In this document: in pieces, positions 44,579 through 54,449 of the stretch
How the letters are laid out: every line of letters begins with the position of its first letter
Position numbering within the stretch: the stretch's first letter is position 1
Assembly (NCBI GenBank): GCA_902622745.1
Contig: CACNQW010000004.1
Location: forward strand, 6,326-70,325
Reading direction: 5' to 3'
DNA from: an uncultured SAR116 cluster alpha proteobacterium
GTDB taxonomy: Bacteria; Pseudomonadota; Alphaproteobacteria; Puniceispirillales; Marisalimonadaceae
DNA length: 64,000 bases
Notes under the pieces: generated by a model
What the model was told of the DNA's origin: nothing
Databases searched by the model: none
What the model saw: only the letters and a program-made list of their open reading frames with translations
Position numbers and translations under genes: made by a program

Positions 44579-45109
44579 ATGAGAATTTTAGTTAATACAA
44601 TTTATAAATCTAAATTAATCTTCAATAAAAGAGTATATGAATGTCAAGTTGGTAAAAATGGAATTTTGCCTCAATACAAAAAAATAGAAGGCGATAAATC
44701 TACTCCAATGGGAAAATGGAAAATATTAACAATTTTCATTAGAAGAGACAAAAAATTGAAGCTCAAATTTAATAAATATATTAAGAATAAAATAGTATTT
44801 ATTAAAAAAAATTTTATTTGGTGTGATGATATTAAAAGTTTTCATTATAACAAACTTTTAAAAGTTAACGATTTGTCAAATTTAAATTATTCATATGAAA
44901 AATTATTTAGAGATGATGAAGTATATGATATTATTTTGGAATTAAATCAAAATCAAAGACCTTGTATTAAAAATAAAGGTAGTGCAATTTTTATACATTG
45001 TTCATTCAATGATTTAAGGTCAACATTTGGTTGTGTGGCACTTAAAAAAAATATTTTAAAATTATTAATTAATAATTTACAAAAACAAAATTACATATAT
45101 ATAAGATGA
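44579..45109 (+). CDS. YkuD-fold L,D-transpeptidase-domain protein without recognisable signal peptide
   Basis: The catalytic motif IFIHCSFNDLRSTFGCVAL matches the YkuD H-x(n)-[ST]-x-G-C signature. The N-terminus (MRILVNTIYKSKLIFNKR) is not hydrophobic. Confidence 0.75.
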   Translation: MRILVNTIYKSKLIFNKRVYECQVGKNGILPQYKKIEGDKSTPMGKWKILTIFIRRDKKLKLKFNKYIKNKIVFIKKNFIWCDDIKSFHYNKLLKVNDLSNLNYSYEKLFRDDEVYDIILELNQNQRPCIKNKGSAIFIHCSFNDLRSTFGCVALKKNILKLLINNLQKQNYIYIR

Positions 45110-45132
45110 TTATACTAAGACTGGAGATATAG

Positions 45133-47139
45133 ATGATTTATAATATTTTACCAATTATTTTAGGTTTATTAGGGCTGTTAAGCGCATATTTTGTGTATTT
45201 AAAAGTTAAATCATCTCCAGAAGGATCGGGTAAAGTTAAAGAAATAGGCGATGAGATACATTTGGGTGCCATGGTATTTATGGCTAGTGAATACAAGAGG
45301 TTAGTGGCATTTTGTGTAATTTGCATCATAGCACTTTACTTTTCATTAGGTTGGGAAACAGCTTTGTCATTTTTTGTTGGAGCGGCATGTTCTGGTATAG
45401 CTGGGTTTATTGGGATGTATAGTGCTACAAAAGCAAATGTTAGGACAGCAGTTGCTGCTAATGACAAAGGTTCGTCTGAAGCTTTAAATGTTGCTTTTTT
45501 TGGTGGATCAATTATGGGATTGACTGTCGCATCAATGGGATTATTTGGTGTAGGTATTTTGTTCTATTATTTTGGAGGAGATGTCAAAACTGTTCATTCC
45601 ATCGAAGGATTTGCAATGGGAGCTTCATCAGTAGCATTATTTTCTCGTGTAGGTGGAGGAATTTTTACAAAGAGCGCTGACGTAGGTGCTGATTTAGTAG
45701 GTAAGGTTGAAGCTGGAATACCAGAAGATGATCCTAGAAATCCTGGGGTAATAGCAGATAATGTCGGAGATAATGTTGGTGACGTAGCAGGTATGGGCTC
45801 TGATATTTTCGAATCTTATTGTGGTTCAATGATAGCGTCTATAGCATTAGCTGCTTCCATGACATCTGCAACTATTAATAAATTAGGTGGTGATCAGTCT
45901 ATGCTGCAATTAATGCCTTTAGCTTTGGCTTCATTAGGATTAATTTGTTCTCTTATTGGAATACTTATGGTGAAAATATACTCCTCAAAGAGTCCCGAAA
46001 TCGCATTAAGATTTGGTACAATAGGTTCTGCTGTAGTTTTTATTATAGCTTCATATTTTTTGGTTAAATTTTTAGGTGTTTCTAGTGGGGTTTGGGCAGC
46101 GGTTTTAATTGGATCTGTAGGAGGTATAATCGTTGGTTTAGTTACCGAATATTATACAGGAGGAAGTCCAGTTAAAAAGATAGCTAAAGGTGGCGAAACT
46201 GGATCTGCAACAATTATGATAACAGGATTAGCCACAGGGATGCAATCCGTAGCAATACCCGTTTTTACAATAGTATGTATTATATTTACTTCAAATTATT
46301 TTGCAGGTCTTTATGGTGTAGGAATTGCAGCTATTGGAATGCTTAGCACAGTTGGAATTACAATGGCTATCGATGCATATGGTCCAGTTGCTGATAATGC
46401 GGGAGGTATTGCTGAAATGGCTGAAATGGGTAAAAAAACTAGAGAAATTACTGACTCTCTTGATGAAGTTGGTAACACAACTGCCGCAATTGGAAAAGGC
46501 TTTGCTATTAGTGCTGCTGCTCTTGCTGCTTTAGCTTTAATCAGTGCATATATAGAAAAAATTTCAATGAGTGATCCTTCATTTGTATTAGCAATTAATG
46601 ATCCCTTAGTTTTAAGTGGAATGTTTTTAGGTGGTATATTTCCATTTTTGGTTAGTTCAATGACAATGACTGCAGTGGGAGATGCTGCTTTTGATATGAT
46701 TAAAGAGATAAGAAGACAATTTAAAGAAATTCCTGGATTGCTTGAGGGAAAAGCAAAACCTGATACCGCTAAATGTGTAGATATCGCAACTCAAGCTGCC
46801 TTAAAGAAAATGATTTTGCCTGGCTCACTTGCGGTCCTAGCTCCAGTTGTCATAGGTTTTTTGTTAGGCCCTAAGGCTTTAGGCGGAATGCTAGGCGGTG
46901 CATTAATATGTTGTGTTATGATGGCTTTAATGATGTCCAATGCAGGTGGAGCCTGGGATAACGCAAAAAAATATGTAGAGAAAGGTAACTTTGGAGGAAA
47001 AGGTTCTGAAGTTCATAAAGCAGCTGTTGTAGGAGACACTGTTGGAGATCCGCTAAAAGATACCTCAGGACCATCTATGAATATATTAATTAATGTTATG
47101 GCAATAGTAAGCTTGGTTATAGCGCCACTTTTAATCTGA
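45133..47139 (+). CDS. hppA: membrane-bound ion-translocating pyrophosphatase (K+-dependent type signature)
   Basis: 668 aa, about 16 TM helices. Motifs [63 protein letters not shown]. Confidence 0.97.
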   Translation: MIYNILPIILGLLGLLSAYFVYLKVKSSPEGSGKVKEIGDEIHLGAMVFMASEYKRLVAFCVICIIALYFSLGWETALSFFVGAACSGIAGFIGMYSATKANVRTAVAANDKGSSEALNVAFFGGSIMGLTVASMGLFGVGILFYYFGGDVKTVHSIEGFAMGASSVALFSRVGGGIFTKSADVGADLVGKVEAGIPEDDPRNPGVIADNVGDNVGDVAGMGSDIFESYCGSMIASIALAASMTSATINKLGGDQSMLQLMPLALASLGLICSLIGILMVKIYSSKSPEIALRFGTIGSAVVFIIASYFLVKFLGVSSGVWAAVLIGSVGGIIVGLVTEYYTGGSPVKKIAKGGETGSATIMITGLATGMQSVAIPVFTIVCIIFTSNYFAGLYGVGIAAIGMLSTVGITMAIDAYGPVADNAGGIAEMAEMGKKTREITDSLDEVGNTTAAIGKGFAISAAALAALALISAYIEKISMSDPSFVLAINDPLVLSGMFLGGIFPFLVSSMTMTAVGDAAFDMIKEIRRQFKEIPGLLEGKAKPDTAKCVDIATQAALKKMILPGSLAVLAPVVIGFLLGPKALGGMLGGALICCVMMALMMSNAGGAWDNAKKYVEKGNFGGKGSEVHKAAVVGDTVGDPLKDTSGPSMNILINVMAIVSLVIAPLLI

Positions 47140-47140
47140 A

Positions 47141-48007
47141 TTATTCGTTAATAACATTTGAGAAATCTAAGTGCCCTTTCCCAGCTTTGACTAACTCGTC
47201 AAATTTATTAAATGTACTTAATCCATAATTGTTTTTTGAATTAGTTTGATTTATAGCATCAATTGCCAGACTTAGATCTTTATGCATTAGTGCAGTAGAA
47301 AAGCCTCCATTGTAATTATTATCCGAGGGACTTTTAGGCCCTATGCCTTTAATTGGACAGTAAGTATTAATTGCCCAACAAGACCCACTTGATGTCGATA
47401 ATACTTCAAATAATTTATTTAGATCTAAGCCAAGATTTTTTCCAAGTTCAAAACTTTCTCCTACAGCTATCATTGTACTTGCTAAAAGCATATTATTACA
47501 TATTTTCGCACTTTGACCTGCGCCATAAGCACCGCAATGTATTGATTTTTTCCCCATTATGTCAAAAAGGTCTTTTACATTATTTAAAGTTTTTTCATCA
47601 CCTCCTATCATAAATGTTAGTGTTCCTTCATCAGCCCCTACTACACCACCGGATACAGGTGCATCCAATGTTTCAATGTTTAGTTTTTGCGCGTTCTTTT
47701 GAACTAATAGCGATGTTTTGACATCGATTGTTGAACAATCAACTAAAATTTGTGAACTTTTTGCATGCATTAAGATTTCTTCCCATACTTTTAGAACTGC
47801 TTTCCCATCTGGAAGCATTGTTATGATATAATCACTATTCTCTGTAAGTTCTTTAATATTTTTCATTTGATTAATATTATATTTTTTTAATTCATTAAAG
47901 ACCTCTGAGTTTAAATCGAAGCCATTGATTATATAATTATTTTTAGATAAATTTATTGACATACCTTTACCCATGTTACCTAAACCTATAAATCCAATAT
48001 TAATCAT
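47141..48007 (-). CDS. mmsB: 3-hydroxyisobutyrate dehydrogenase
   Basis: [28 protein letters not shown], and [12 protein letters not shown] motifs of HIBADH. 288 aa. Confidence 0.88.
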   Translation of the reverse strand: MINIGFIGLGNMGKGMSINLSKNNYIINGFDLNSEVFNELKKYNINQMKNIKELTENSDYIITMLPDGKAVLKVWEEILMHAKSSQILVDCSTIDVKTSLLVQKNAQKLNIETLDAPVSGGVVGADEGTLTFMIGGDEKTLNNVKDLFDIMGKKSIHCGAYGAGQSAKICNNMLLASTMIAVGESFELGKNLGLDLNKLFEVLSTSSGSCWAINTYCPIKGIGPKSPSDNNYNGGFSTALMHKDLSLAIDAINQTNSKNNYGLSTFNKFDELVKAGKGHLDFSNVINE

Positions 48008-48010
48008 AAG

Positions 48011-49117
48011 TCACTCCTCTTTTAATAAAATTTTCTGTAATGGATGTGTTTGTGTTTTTATAATTCTTTTGTTATCTAATTGTTTTATTAATATTTGTAT
48101 ATCTTGTTTTAAATTAAATAAATATGGGTACAATTCAATTGAAAGCGGTGATTTCCATTTCCATAATAAAATATCTAATGCATCAATTATTTTATTATCA
48201 AATTTATAATTCATTGTTTCTTCTGACTCTTCAAAATATGGTTTTTCGAAAAATTTATAAACTTTGAAAAATTCTTCAGGTATTTTTTGGTCAAGTATTA
48301 TTTTTTTCCAGTCTTCATATATATTTTTTGATTCCATAGTGCCATGAATAATTTTTAAGATTATGACATCAATATTTATTAAGCCAGTAAGATTAAACAT
48401 GAAATTTTTACTAATTTTAAAATCTGGTGGTGGGCCTAAAAAAATCCTTTTTGGACAATAATCATTAGAAAAATAATTACACCAATAAATTAACTTGTCA
48501 TCTTTTAATTTATCATTAATTTTTCTGTTTTTGCTATAGACATTGGAAGAAATAATTGTTTTGCCAGTATAGAAAATAAAAAAATTATCATTAATTATAT
48601 CTAAAAAATCATCCAAATAATTTTGACTATTATCTTCAATCTCATCTGAATAAACTCTGGGCACAACAATAAGTGGTTTTTTAAAATAAGCACTTAGTTT
48701 ATTACAGAGTTCAGCATGAAGCTTCCCTTCAGATTTATTTTGAAAAGATTTCTCTTCTATATCATCATATAATATAACTAACGATTTTGCTCCACAATGC
48801 TCTAACATCTGAAGTTTATTTTTTAAAATTGTAAAATCATCATTTCTGTAAGTAAAGTCAAAATCTAAGCCAGGACTTATGCCAATTATAATATTTATAT
48901 TTTTAGAATTTGCGTAATTACAAAATTTTTGAAAAGACCTCAGCCATATTTTAGGGTATTTTTTTCTCCAATCAAATCTATGCCTAATATCTTCTTTAGG
49001 TGCATAAAAATAGGAATTAAAGTTTAGTTCAGACAAATTTTTTATAATGGTTTTCCTTTGACTCCAAGTGAGGAGCTTTCCGTAAAAACCTTCAATATAA
49101 CCAATATTTTTTAACAT
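48011..49117 (-). CDS. glycoside hydrolase family 84-like protein (O-GlcNAcase/beta-N-acetylglucosaminidase-like), cytoplasmic
   Basis: GYIEGFYGKLLTWSQRKTIIKNLSELNFNSYFYAPKEDIRHRFDWRKKYP matches the GH84 N-terminal barrel. LVILYDDIE matches the catalytic Asp-Asp pair. YWCNYFSNDY...FLGPP matches the GH84 WWNFPVSDY...LLGP segment. No signal peptide. Confidence 0.75.
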   Translation of the reverse strand: MLKNIGYIEGFYGKLLTWSQRKTIIKNLSELNFNSYFYAPKEDIRHRFDWRKKYPKIWLRSFQKFCNYANSKNINIIIGISPGLDFDFTYRNDDFTILKNKLQMLEHCGAKSLVILYDDIEEKSFQNKSEGKLHAELCNKLSAYFKKPLIVVPRVYSDEIEDNSQNYLDDFLDIINDNFFIFYTGKTIISSNVYSKNRKINDKLKDDKLIYWCNYFSNDYCPKRIFLGPPPDFKISKNFMFNLTGLINIDVIILKIIHGTMESKNIYEDWKKIILDQKIPEEFFKVYKFFEKPYFEESEETMNYKFDNKIIDALDILLWKWKSPLSIELYPYLFNLKQDIQILIKQLDNKRIIKTQTHPLQKILLKEE

Positions 49118-49185
49118 TAATTTGTTTTATTATAATATTTTAAATTTATTGTTTTATTTAAAATACACAAGTTTTATATTAAGTT

Positions 49186-50163
49186 ATGAAAATAATAATC
49201 ACTGGTTTTTCTGGTTTCATAGGATATCATTTATGTAACCGTATTTTTTATGATCAAAAATATAAAGTAACAGGAGTTGATAATTTTAATAATTACTATG
49301 ACCCAGTGCTGAAAAAAGATAGATTTAAAATACTAAAACCTCATTTACATAATCATTATAACTGTAACATATCTAATCAAAGTAAAATTTTTGAGATTAT
49401 AGATTATGAAAAGCCTGACATTATTATTCATTTGGCAGCTCAAGCAGGTGTAAGATATTCTTTAGAAAATCCTCAGGCGTATTTTGAAAGCAATTTACAA
49501 GGTTTTTTTAATATTTTAGAAGCTTGTAGAATTTTTAAAATTAATAAACTAATTTTTGCATCTTCGTCTTCAGTATATGGTAATAATAAAAAAGACTATT
49601 TTTCAGAAAATGATTTTGTTGATAACCCATTAAATTTCTATGCAGCAAGTAAAAAGTCAAATGAATTAATGGCATATTCATATTCAAATTTATACAAAAT
49701 CATAATTGTTGGACTTCGTTTTTTTACTGTTTATGGACCGTTTGGACGTCCTGATATGTCTTACTATAAGTTCACTAACAACATTCTTAATGGTAAATAT
49801 ATAAATGTTTTTGGAAAAGGAGAAATGTACAGAGACTTTACATATGTAGATGATATAACTAATGGTATTTTTAGCTTGATAGAAACAATTAATACAAAAT
49901 TTTCTGAAAGTTCAGTCCCATATAATATTTTCAATATAGGAAACAATAATCCAGTGAAGTTAACTTATTTCATAAGTTTAATTGAAAAAGCTCTTGGCAT
50001 TAAAGCAAAAAAAAATTATTTGGACTTCCAGCAAGGTGAAGCTATTAAAACAGCAGCAAATATAAGTAAAATACAAAAATTTTTAAATTTTAATCCAACA
50101 ACAAAAATTGAGGATGGAATTCCAATTTTTGTAAAATGGTTTAAAGAATATCATAATTTATGA
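49186..50163 (+). CDS. NAD-dependent nucleotide-sugar epimerase (UDP-glucuronate 4-epimerase-like SDR)
   Basis: IIITGFSGFIGYHL Rossmann motif, SSSSVYG, and catalytic YAASKKSNE (Y-x3-K). The length and C-terminus resemble the CapI/WbnF-type epimerases. Confidence 0.82.
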   Translation: MKIIITGFSGFIGYHLCNRIFYDQKYKVTGVDNFNNYYDPVLKKDRFKILKPHLHNHYNCNISNQSKIFEIIDYEKPDIIIHLAAQAGVRYSLENPQAYFESNLQGFFNILEACRIFKINKLIFASSSSVYGNNKKDYFSENDFVDNPLNFYAASKKSNELMAYSYSNLYKIIIVGLRFFTVYGPFGRPDMSYYKFTNNILNGKYINVFGKGEMYRDFTYVDDITNGIFSLIETINTKFSESSVPYNIFNIGNNNPVKLTYFISLIEKALGIKAKKNYLDFQQGEAIKTAANISKIQKFLNFNPTTKIEDGIPIFVKWFKEYHNL

Positions 50164-50178
50164 TTTTAGGAGGAAATT

Positions 50179-50868
50179 ATTAAAATTCTAGCTATAGGTG
50201 CTCATCCTGATGACATTGAAATTTACATGTTTGGTTTGTTGTGTTTATTTAAAAAAAGGGGTGATAAAATCAATTCAATAGTTGCAACTGATGGTTCACT
50301 CGGTTCTGCTAAACCAGACCCCAAACTTGCTAAAGTAAGAGCAAATGAAACTAAACATGCATTAAAAGAATTATGTATTCCAACATTACTAGACATTAAA
50401 GATGGTCAACTTGGAAATCAAATATCTCATCAAAGAAAAATCTATAAAGAAATAAAAAAAATTGATCCAGATTTAATATTGACTCATTCAGAGAATGATT
50501 ATCACCCAGATCATAGAGCTTTATCCAGTATTGTAAAATCTATAGCAGGAATTTATTACCCAGTTTTATTTTGTGATAACTTTGTAGGAATAAATTTTAA
50601 TCCCAATTATTATGTGGACATTAGTGAATTTTTCCACCAAAAAAAAATTGCTATAAGCAGTCATAAATCACAAAAACCAGACAAATATATTGAACTTGTT
50701 GAAATCTGGAATCGTTTTCGTTCAGTTCAGTGCAATGGACCTGCGCAAACATATGTAGAAGCTTATAAATTTTTTCCTTCTTTCCCGTTTTCAGATATTA
50801 GAAATTTATTGCCTAATTCACCAAAGATAAGGCCTACATCTCTTAAAAAAAAAGGTGGATTAATTTAA
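50179..50868 (+). CDS. PIG-L/LmbE-family N-acetylglucosaminyl deacetylase, probable ATT start
   Basis: The frame is open from 50170 and encodes IIKILAIGAHPDDIEIY before the first ATG (50227). AHPDD is the Zn-binding PIG-L motif. HPDH lies further downstream. AGGAGG at 50168-50173 sits 5 nt upstream of ATT 50179. Confidence 0.7.
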   Translation: MKILAIGAHPDDIEIYMFGLLCLFKKRGDKINSIVATDGSLGSAKPDPKLAKVRANETKHALKELCIPTLLDIKDGQLGNQISHQRKIYKEIKKIDPDLILTHSENDYHPDHRALSSIVKSIAGIYYPVLFCDNFVGINFNPNYYVDISEFFHQKKIAISSHKSQKPDKYIELVEIWNRFRSVQCNGPAQTYVEAYKFFPSFPFSDIRNLLPNSPKIRPTSLKKKGGLI

Positions 50869-51953
50869 ATTTCTTTATAATTAATTACTTCTCCACCTAT
50901 TGAAGGTTTAACAACGCCAGTTGTAGTTGGAAATGTAATTGGCAATTGCTTTATTCTTCTTGCTGTAAGATAACAAATCATTTCAGCTTCAATTGTGTCG
51001 GGGTTAATTCCAAGATTTGTAGCAGAAAAAATTTTAGAATCACTATAGTTGATTAAGTTCTCCATTATAAAATTATTTTTGGCACCTCCACCTGAAATTA
51101 CACATGTTTGAGGTTTTTTTTTAAATTTGGATATTTCTAAAGCAATTGTTTTTACGGTAAATAATGAAAGAGTAGCTATTGTATCTTCAATTTTAGCATC
51201 TTTGAACAAATTTAAATATTTGTTGAAGTAATTTTTATCTAATGATTTTGGGTAATCTTGCTTGAAATAATCATCATCTAATAAGATTTTAAGTTTACTG
51301 AAATTAATATTACCACTATAAGCAAATTTACCATTCTCATCAAAATCAATCCCACGTTTTTCTTGAACAAATTTATCAATAAGACAATTACCTGGACCAG
51401 TATCAAAACCAATTAATTTTTTTTTATCACAGAAACTTATGTTTGTGATACCACCAATATTAATGAAGCAAGATGGAAAATTTAGTTTTTTTTCTTCAAT
51501 CAAAAATTTATGATAAATTGGAGAGATAGGGGCACCTTGACCATGAAGGCTTAAATCTCTTTTTCTAAAATCATAGACAACATCTTTTCTTAAAAGTTTA
51601 CTTAATAATTTTGCATTTCCTATTTGAATAGATTTAAATTTACTTGGCAAATGAAGAATTGTTTGGCCATGAAACCCTATGACTATAGGCTTATCCTTAT
51701 TTCTCTGGATAATTTTGTTTGCTGCTTTAAAATGATCATAAGTAATTTTTTCAGCCAATTCTTTGATGAAAGTTTTGTTTTTTATCAATTTTTCAGTATT
51801 TTTGTTTAATTTTTTAATTAAAAATTTTGTATTCTTATTATATTCAGCAACTAGTGTGTCAATAATATAAAATTTTTTTCTCCCATCTGTTTCAGCAAAA
51901 CATACATCTATCCCATCCATGCTGGTTCCTGACATTAAGCCAATAATTTTCAT
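50865..51953 (-). CDS. anmK: anhydro-N-acetylmuramic acid kinase
   Basis: From Met16 of the tracked ORF: MKIIGLMSGTSMDGIDV, the AnmK N-terminal signature. NIGGITN and DTGPGNCLID motifs. 4-nt convergent overlap with the PIG-L gene. Confidence 0.9.
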   Translation of the reverse strand: MKIIGLMSGTSMDGIDVCFAETDGRKKFYIIDTLVAEYNKNTKFLIKKLNKNTEKLIKNKTFIKELAEKITYDHFKAANKIIQRNKDKPIVIGFHGQTILHLPSKFKSIQIGNAKLLSKLLRKDVVYDFRKRDLSLHGQGAPISPIYHKFLIEEKKLNFPSCFINIGGITNISFCDKKKLIGFDTGPGNCLIDKFVQEKRGIDFDENGKFAYSGNINFSKLKILLDDDYFKQDYPKSLDKNYFNKYLNLFKDAKIEDTIATLSLFTVKTIALEISKFKKKPQTCVISGGGAKNNFIMENLINYSDSKIFSATNLGINPDTIEAEMICYLTARRIKQLPITFPTTTGVVKPSIGGEVINYKEI

Positions 51954-52034
51954 GGATGCTATAATATAGAAAATAGATAATGTTGTATACATTTTCACTT
52001 CTTTTAATTATAAATCATAATTGTTAGGTTATAT

Positions 52035-53039
52035 ATGACATATTTAATATTTGGAGGTGCAGGTTTTATAGGCATCAATTTCGTCAAATTGATTTTATCA
52101 TTAAATGTCAAAATAGTTGTTTTTGATAAGCTAACGGAAGTTTCAAACAAAAAGGAAATAAATAATTTAGTTTATCAAAATAAAATTATATTTATAAATG
52201 AAGATATTTGTAATTATGAAAAAGTTTTTTTTTGTATTAAAAAATTTGAACCAACTTATATTATAAATTTTGCTGCAGAAACGCATGTCGATAATTCAAT
52301 TAAAAATCCTGACAGTTTTATAAGCACAAATATCGTAGGTACTTACACTATTTTAAAAGCATTACAAAGTTTTAAAAATTCCAAATACTGGAATAATTTT
52401 CGATATTTAAATATTTCTACTGATGAAGTTTATGGATCTTTAGGTAAGAATGACCCACCTTTCACTGAAGGATCTAAAATGTGTCCTAATAGTCCTTATT
52501 CTGCATCCAAAGCAAGTGCAGATCATCTAGTGAGGTCATATTTTAAAACTTTTGGTTTGCCAGTTTTAACAAGTAATTGTTCTAATAATTTTGGTCCTTT
52601 TCAACACGTTGAAAAGTTAATTCCATTGACAATAGATAAATGTCTAAATTTACAAAAAATACCAATTTATGGAAATGGAAAAAATGTAAGAGATTGGATT
52701 TTTGTAAGAGATCATTGTAATGTCTTAAAATTAATATTGGAAAATGGAAAATTGGGTGAAGTATATAATATTGGTGGAGGACAAGAATTAAAAAATATAG
52801 ATCTTGTCAAAATGATATGTGAATATTTTGATAAGTCTATACCTCAGAAATCTGGTAAAAAATACTCTGATTTAATTTCTTTTGTAGATGATCGACCAGG
52901 GCATGACCAAAGGTATGCAGTTAATAATAAAAAAATTACATCTCATTTTGGATGGAACCCTTCAACATCATTTAAAGATAATTTAGAAACAACAATAAAA
53001 TGGTATATTGAAAATAATTTTAGTAAGAAAAATGATTAA
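52035..53039 (+). CDS. rfbB: dTDP-glucose 4,6-dehydratase
   Basis: IFGGAGFIGINF, ISTDEVYG, and YSASKASADHLVRSY (Y-x3-K). First gene of the rfbBACD block. Confidence 0.95.
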   Translation: MTYLIFGGAGFIGINFVKLILSLNVKIVVFDKLTEVSNKKEINNLVYQNKIIFINEDICNYEKVFFCIKKFEPTYIINFAAETHVDNSIKNPDSFISTNIVGTYTILKALQSFKNSKYWNNFRYLNISTDEVYGSLGKNDPPFTEGSKMCPNSPYSASKASADHLVRSYFKTFGLPVLTSNCSNNFGPFQHVEKLIPLTIDKCLNLQKIPIYGNGKNVRDWIFVRDHCNVLKLILENGKLGEVYNIGGGQELKNIDLVKMICEYFDKSIPQKSGKKYSDLISFVDDRPGHDQRYAVNNKKITSHFGWNPSTSFKDNLETTIKWYIENNFSKKND

Positions 53040-53907
53040 TAGAAAAGGCATTATACTTTCTGGAGGAACAGGATCTAGGTTATATCCAATAACTCAGGTT
53101 GTTTCAAAACAATTAATACCTGTTTTTGATAAGCCAATGATATATTATCCACTTTCAACTCTAATGAGCATTGGAATTACAGAAATTCTTATTATTACAA
53201 CGCCAAACGATTTAGACAAATTTAAATCTTTATTATCCAATGGCAATCAATGGGGGATTTCTATTGAATATCAAGTTCAAAAAAAACCTAATGGAATTGC
53301 TGAAGCTTTAATTATAGCTGAAAAATTTATTAAAAATAGTAATGTTGTTTTGATATTAGGAGATAATATATTTCATGGGAACGATTTACCAAATCGATTG
53401 AAAAAAGTTAGCATTGACGAAGAAACAGCAACAATTTTAGCTTACCCAGTGAAGAATCCGGATCAATATGGGATTGTAAATTTTGACAAAGATTTTAACC
53501 CAATTAGCTTAGAAGAAAAACCTCAAACTCCAAAATCAAAGTTTGCTATTACAGGGATGTATTTTTATGATAAAGAAGCTTGTAGTCTGGCAAAAAAATT
53601 ACTTCCTTCCAACAGAGGTGAACTTGAAATTACTGATCTAAATATAATGTATATGAAGCGTAAAAAGTTAAAAGTTTTTCTTTTAGATAGAGGAGATGTT
53701 TGGCTTGACGCAGGTACGCATATCACATTATCACAAGCTACTCAATATGTTCAAACAATTGAAGAAAGACAAGGAATGAAAATCTCTTGTCCAGAGGAAG
53801 TTGCATATAGATCAAATTTAATTGATAAAAATAAATTAAAACTTTTAGCCAAGAGATACTCAAATAATGACTATGGTAAATATTTATATAATCTGATTGA
53901 TACATGA
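53032..53907 (+). CDS. rfbA: glucose-1-phosphate thymidylyltransferase
   Basis: From the internal Met: MINRKGIILSGGTGSRLYPIT, KQLIPVFDKPMIYYPLS, LGDNIF, EITDLN. ATG at 53032 overlaps the rfbB stop by 8 nt. Confidence 0.95.
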   Translation: MINRKGIILSGGTGSRLYPITQVVSKQLIPVFDKPMIYYPLSTLMSIGITEILIITTPNDLDKFKSLLSNGNQWGISIEYQVQKKPNGIAEALIIAEKFIKNSNVVLILGDNIFHGNDLPNRLKKVSIDEETATILAYPVKNPDQYGIVNFDKDFNPISLEEKPQTPKSKFAITGMYFYDKEACSLAKKLLPSNRGELEITDLNIMYMKRKKLKVFLLDRGDVWLDAGTHITLSQATQYVQTIEERQGMKISCPEEVAYRSNLIDKNKLKLLAKRYSNNDYGKYLYNLIDT

Positions 53908-54449
53908 TTTTTTCTAAAACTAAAATTGTGGATGTATTTATAATAAAACCAAAACTTTTTCATGATGAAAGAGGTTTTTTTTATGAATCATGGAATATAG
54001 ATTATTTTAATAAAAAAGTAGGAAAAAATTTTTCTTTCATTCAAGAAAATGTTTCATTTTCAAAAAAAAATGTTTTAAGAGGACTTCATTATCAAGTTTC
54101 AAAACCTCAGGGTAAGTTAGTAAGTGTTTTTAATGGATCCATTTTAGATGTTGTCATTGATTTGAGAAAATCTTCAAAGACATTTGGCAAACATATTACC
54201 TATAAGTTATCTAGTAGGAATAAAGAATTACTTTGGGTTCCTCCAGGTTGTGCGCATGGGTTTTTAGTTCTTTCAAATTTTGCAAAAGTTTTATATCAGG
54301 TAACAGATAATTATTCACCCAATGATGAAAGATGTATTCTTTGGAGTGACCGAACTCTTATGATTAATTGGGGAATAAGAAATAAGCCAAAAATATCCCA
54401 AAAAGATAGCAAGGGCGTGACATTTTTAGAAGCAGAAAAATTCAAATGA
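53904..54449 (+). CDS. rfbC: dTDP-4-dehydrorhamnose 3,5-epimerase
   Basis: FHDERGFFYESW, LRGLHYQ, KLVSVFNGSILDVVIDLR, and PPGCAHGF motifs of RmlC. ATGA overlaps at both ends. Confidence 0.95.
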   Translation: MIFSKTKIVDVFIIKPKLFHDERGFFYESWNIDYFNKKVGKNFSFIQENVSFSKKNVLRGLHYQVSKPQGKLVSVFNGSILDVVIDLRKSSKTFGKHITYKLSSRNKELLWVPPGCAHGFLVLSNFAKVLYQVTDNYSPNDERCILWSDRTLMINWGIRNKPKISQKDSKGVTFLEAEKFK

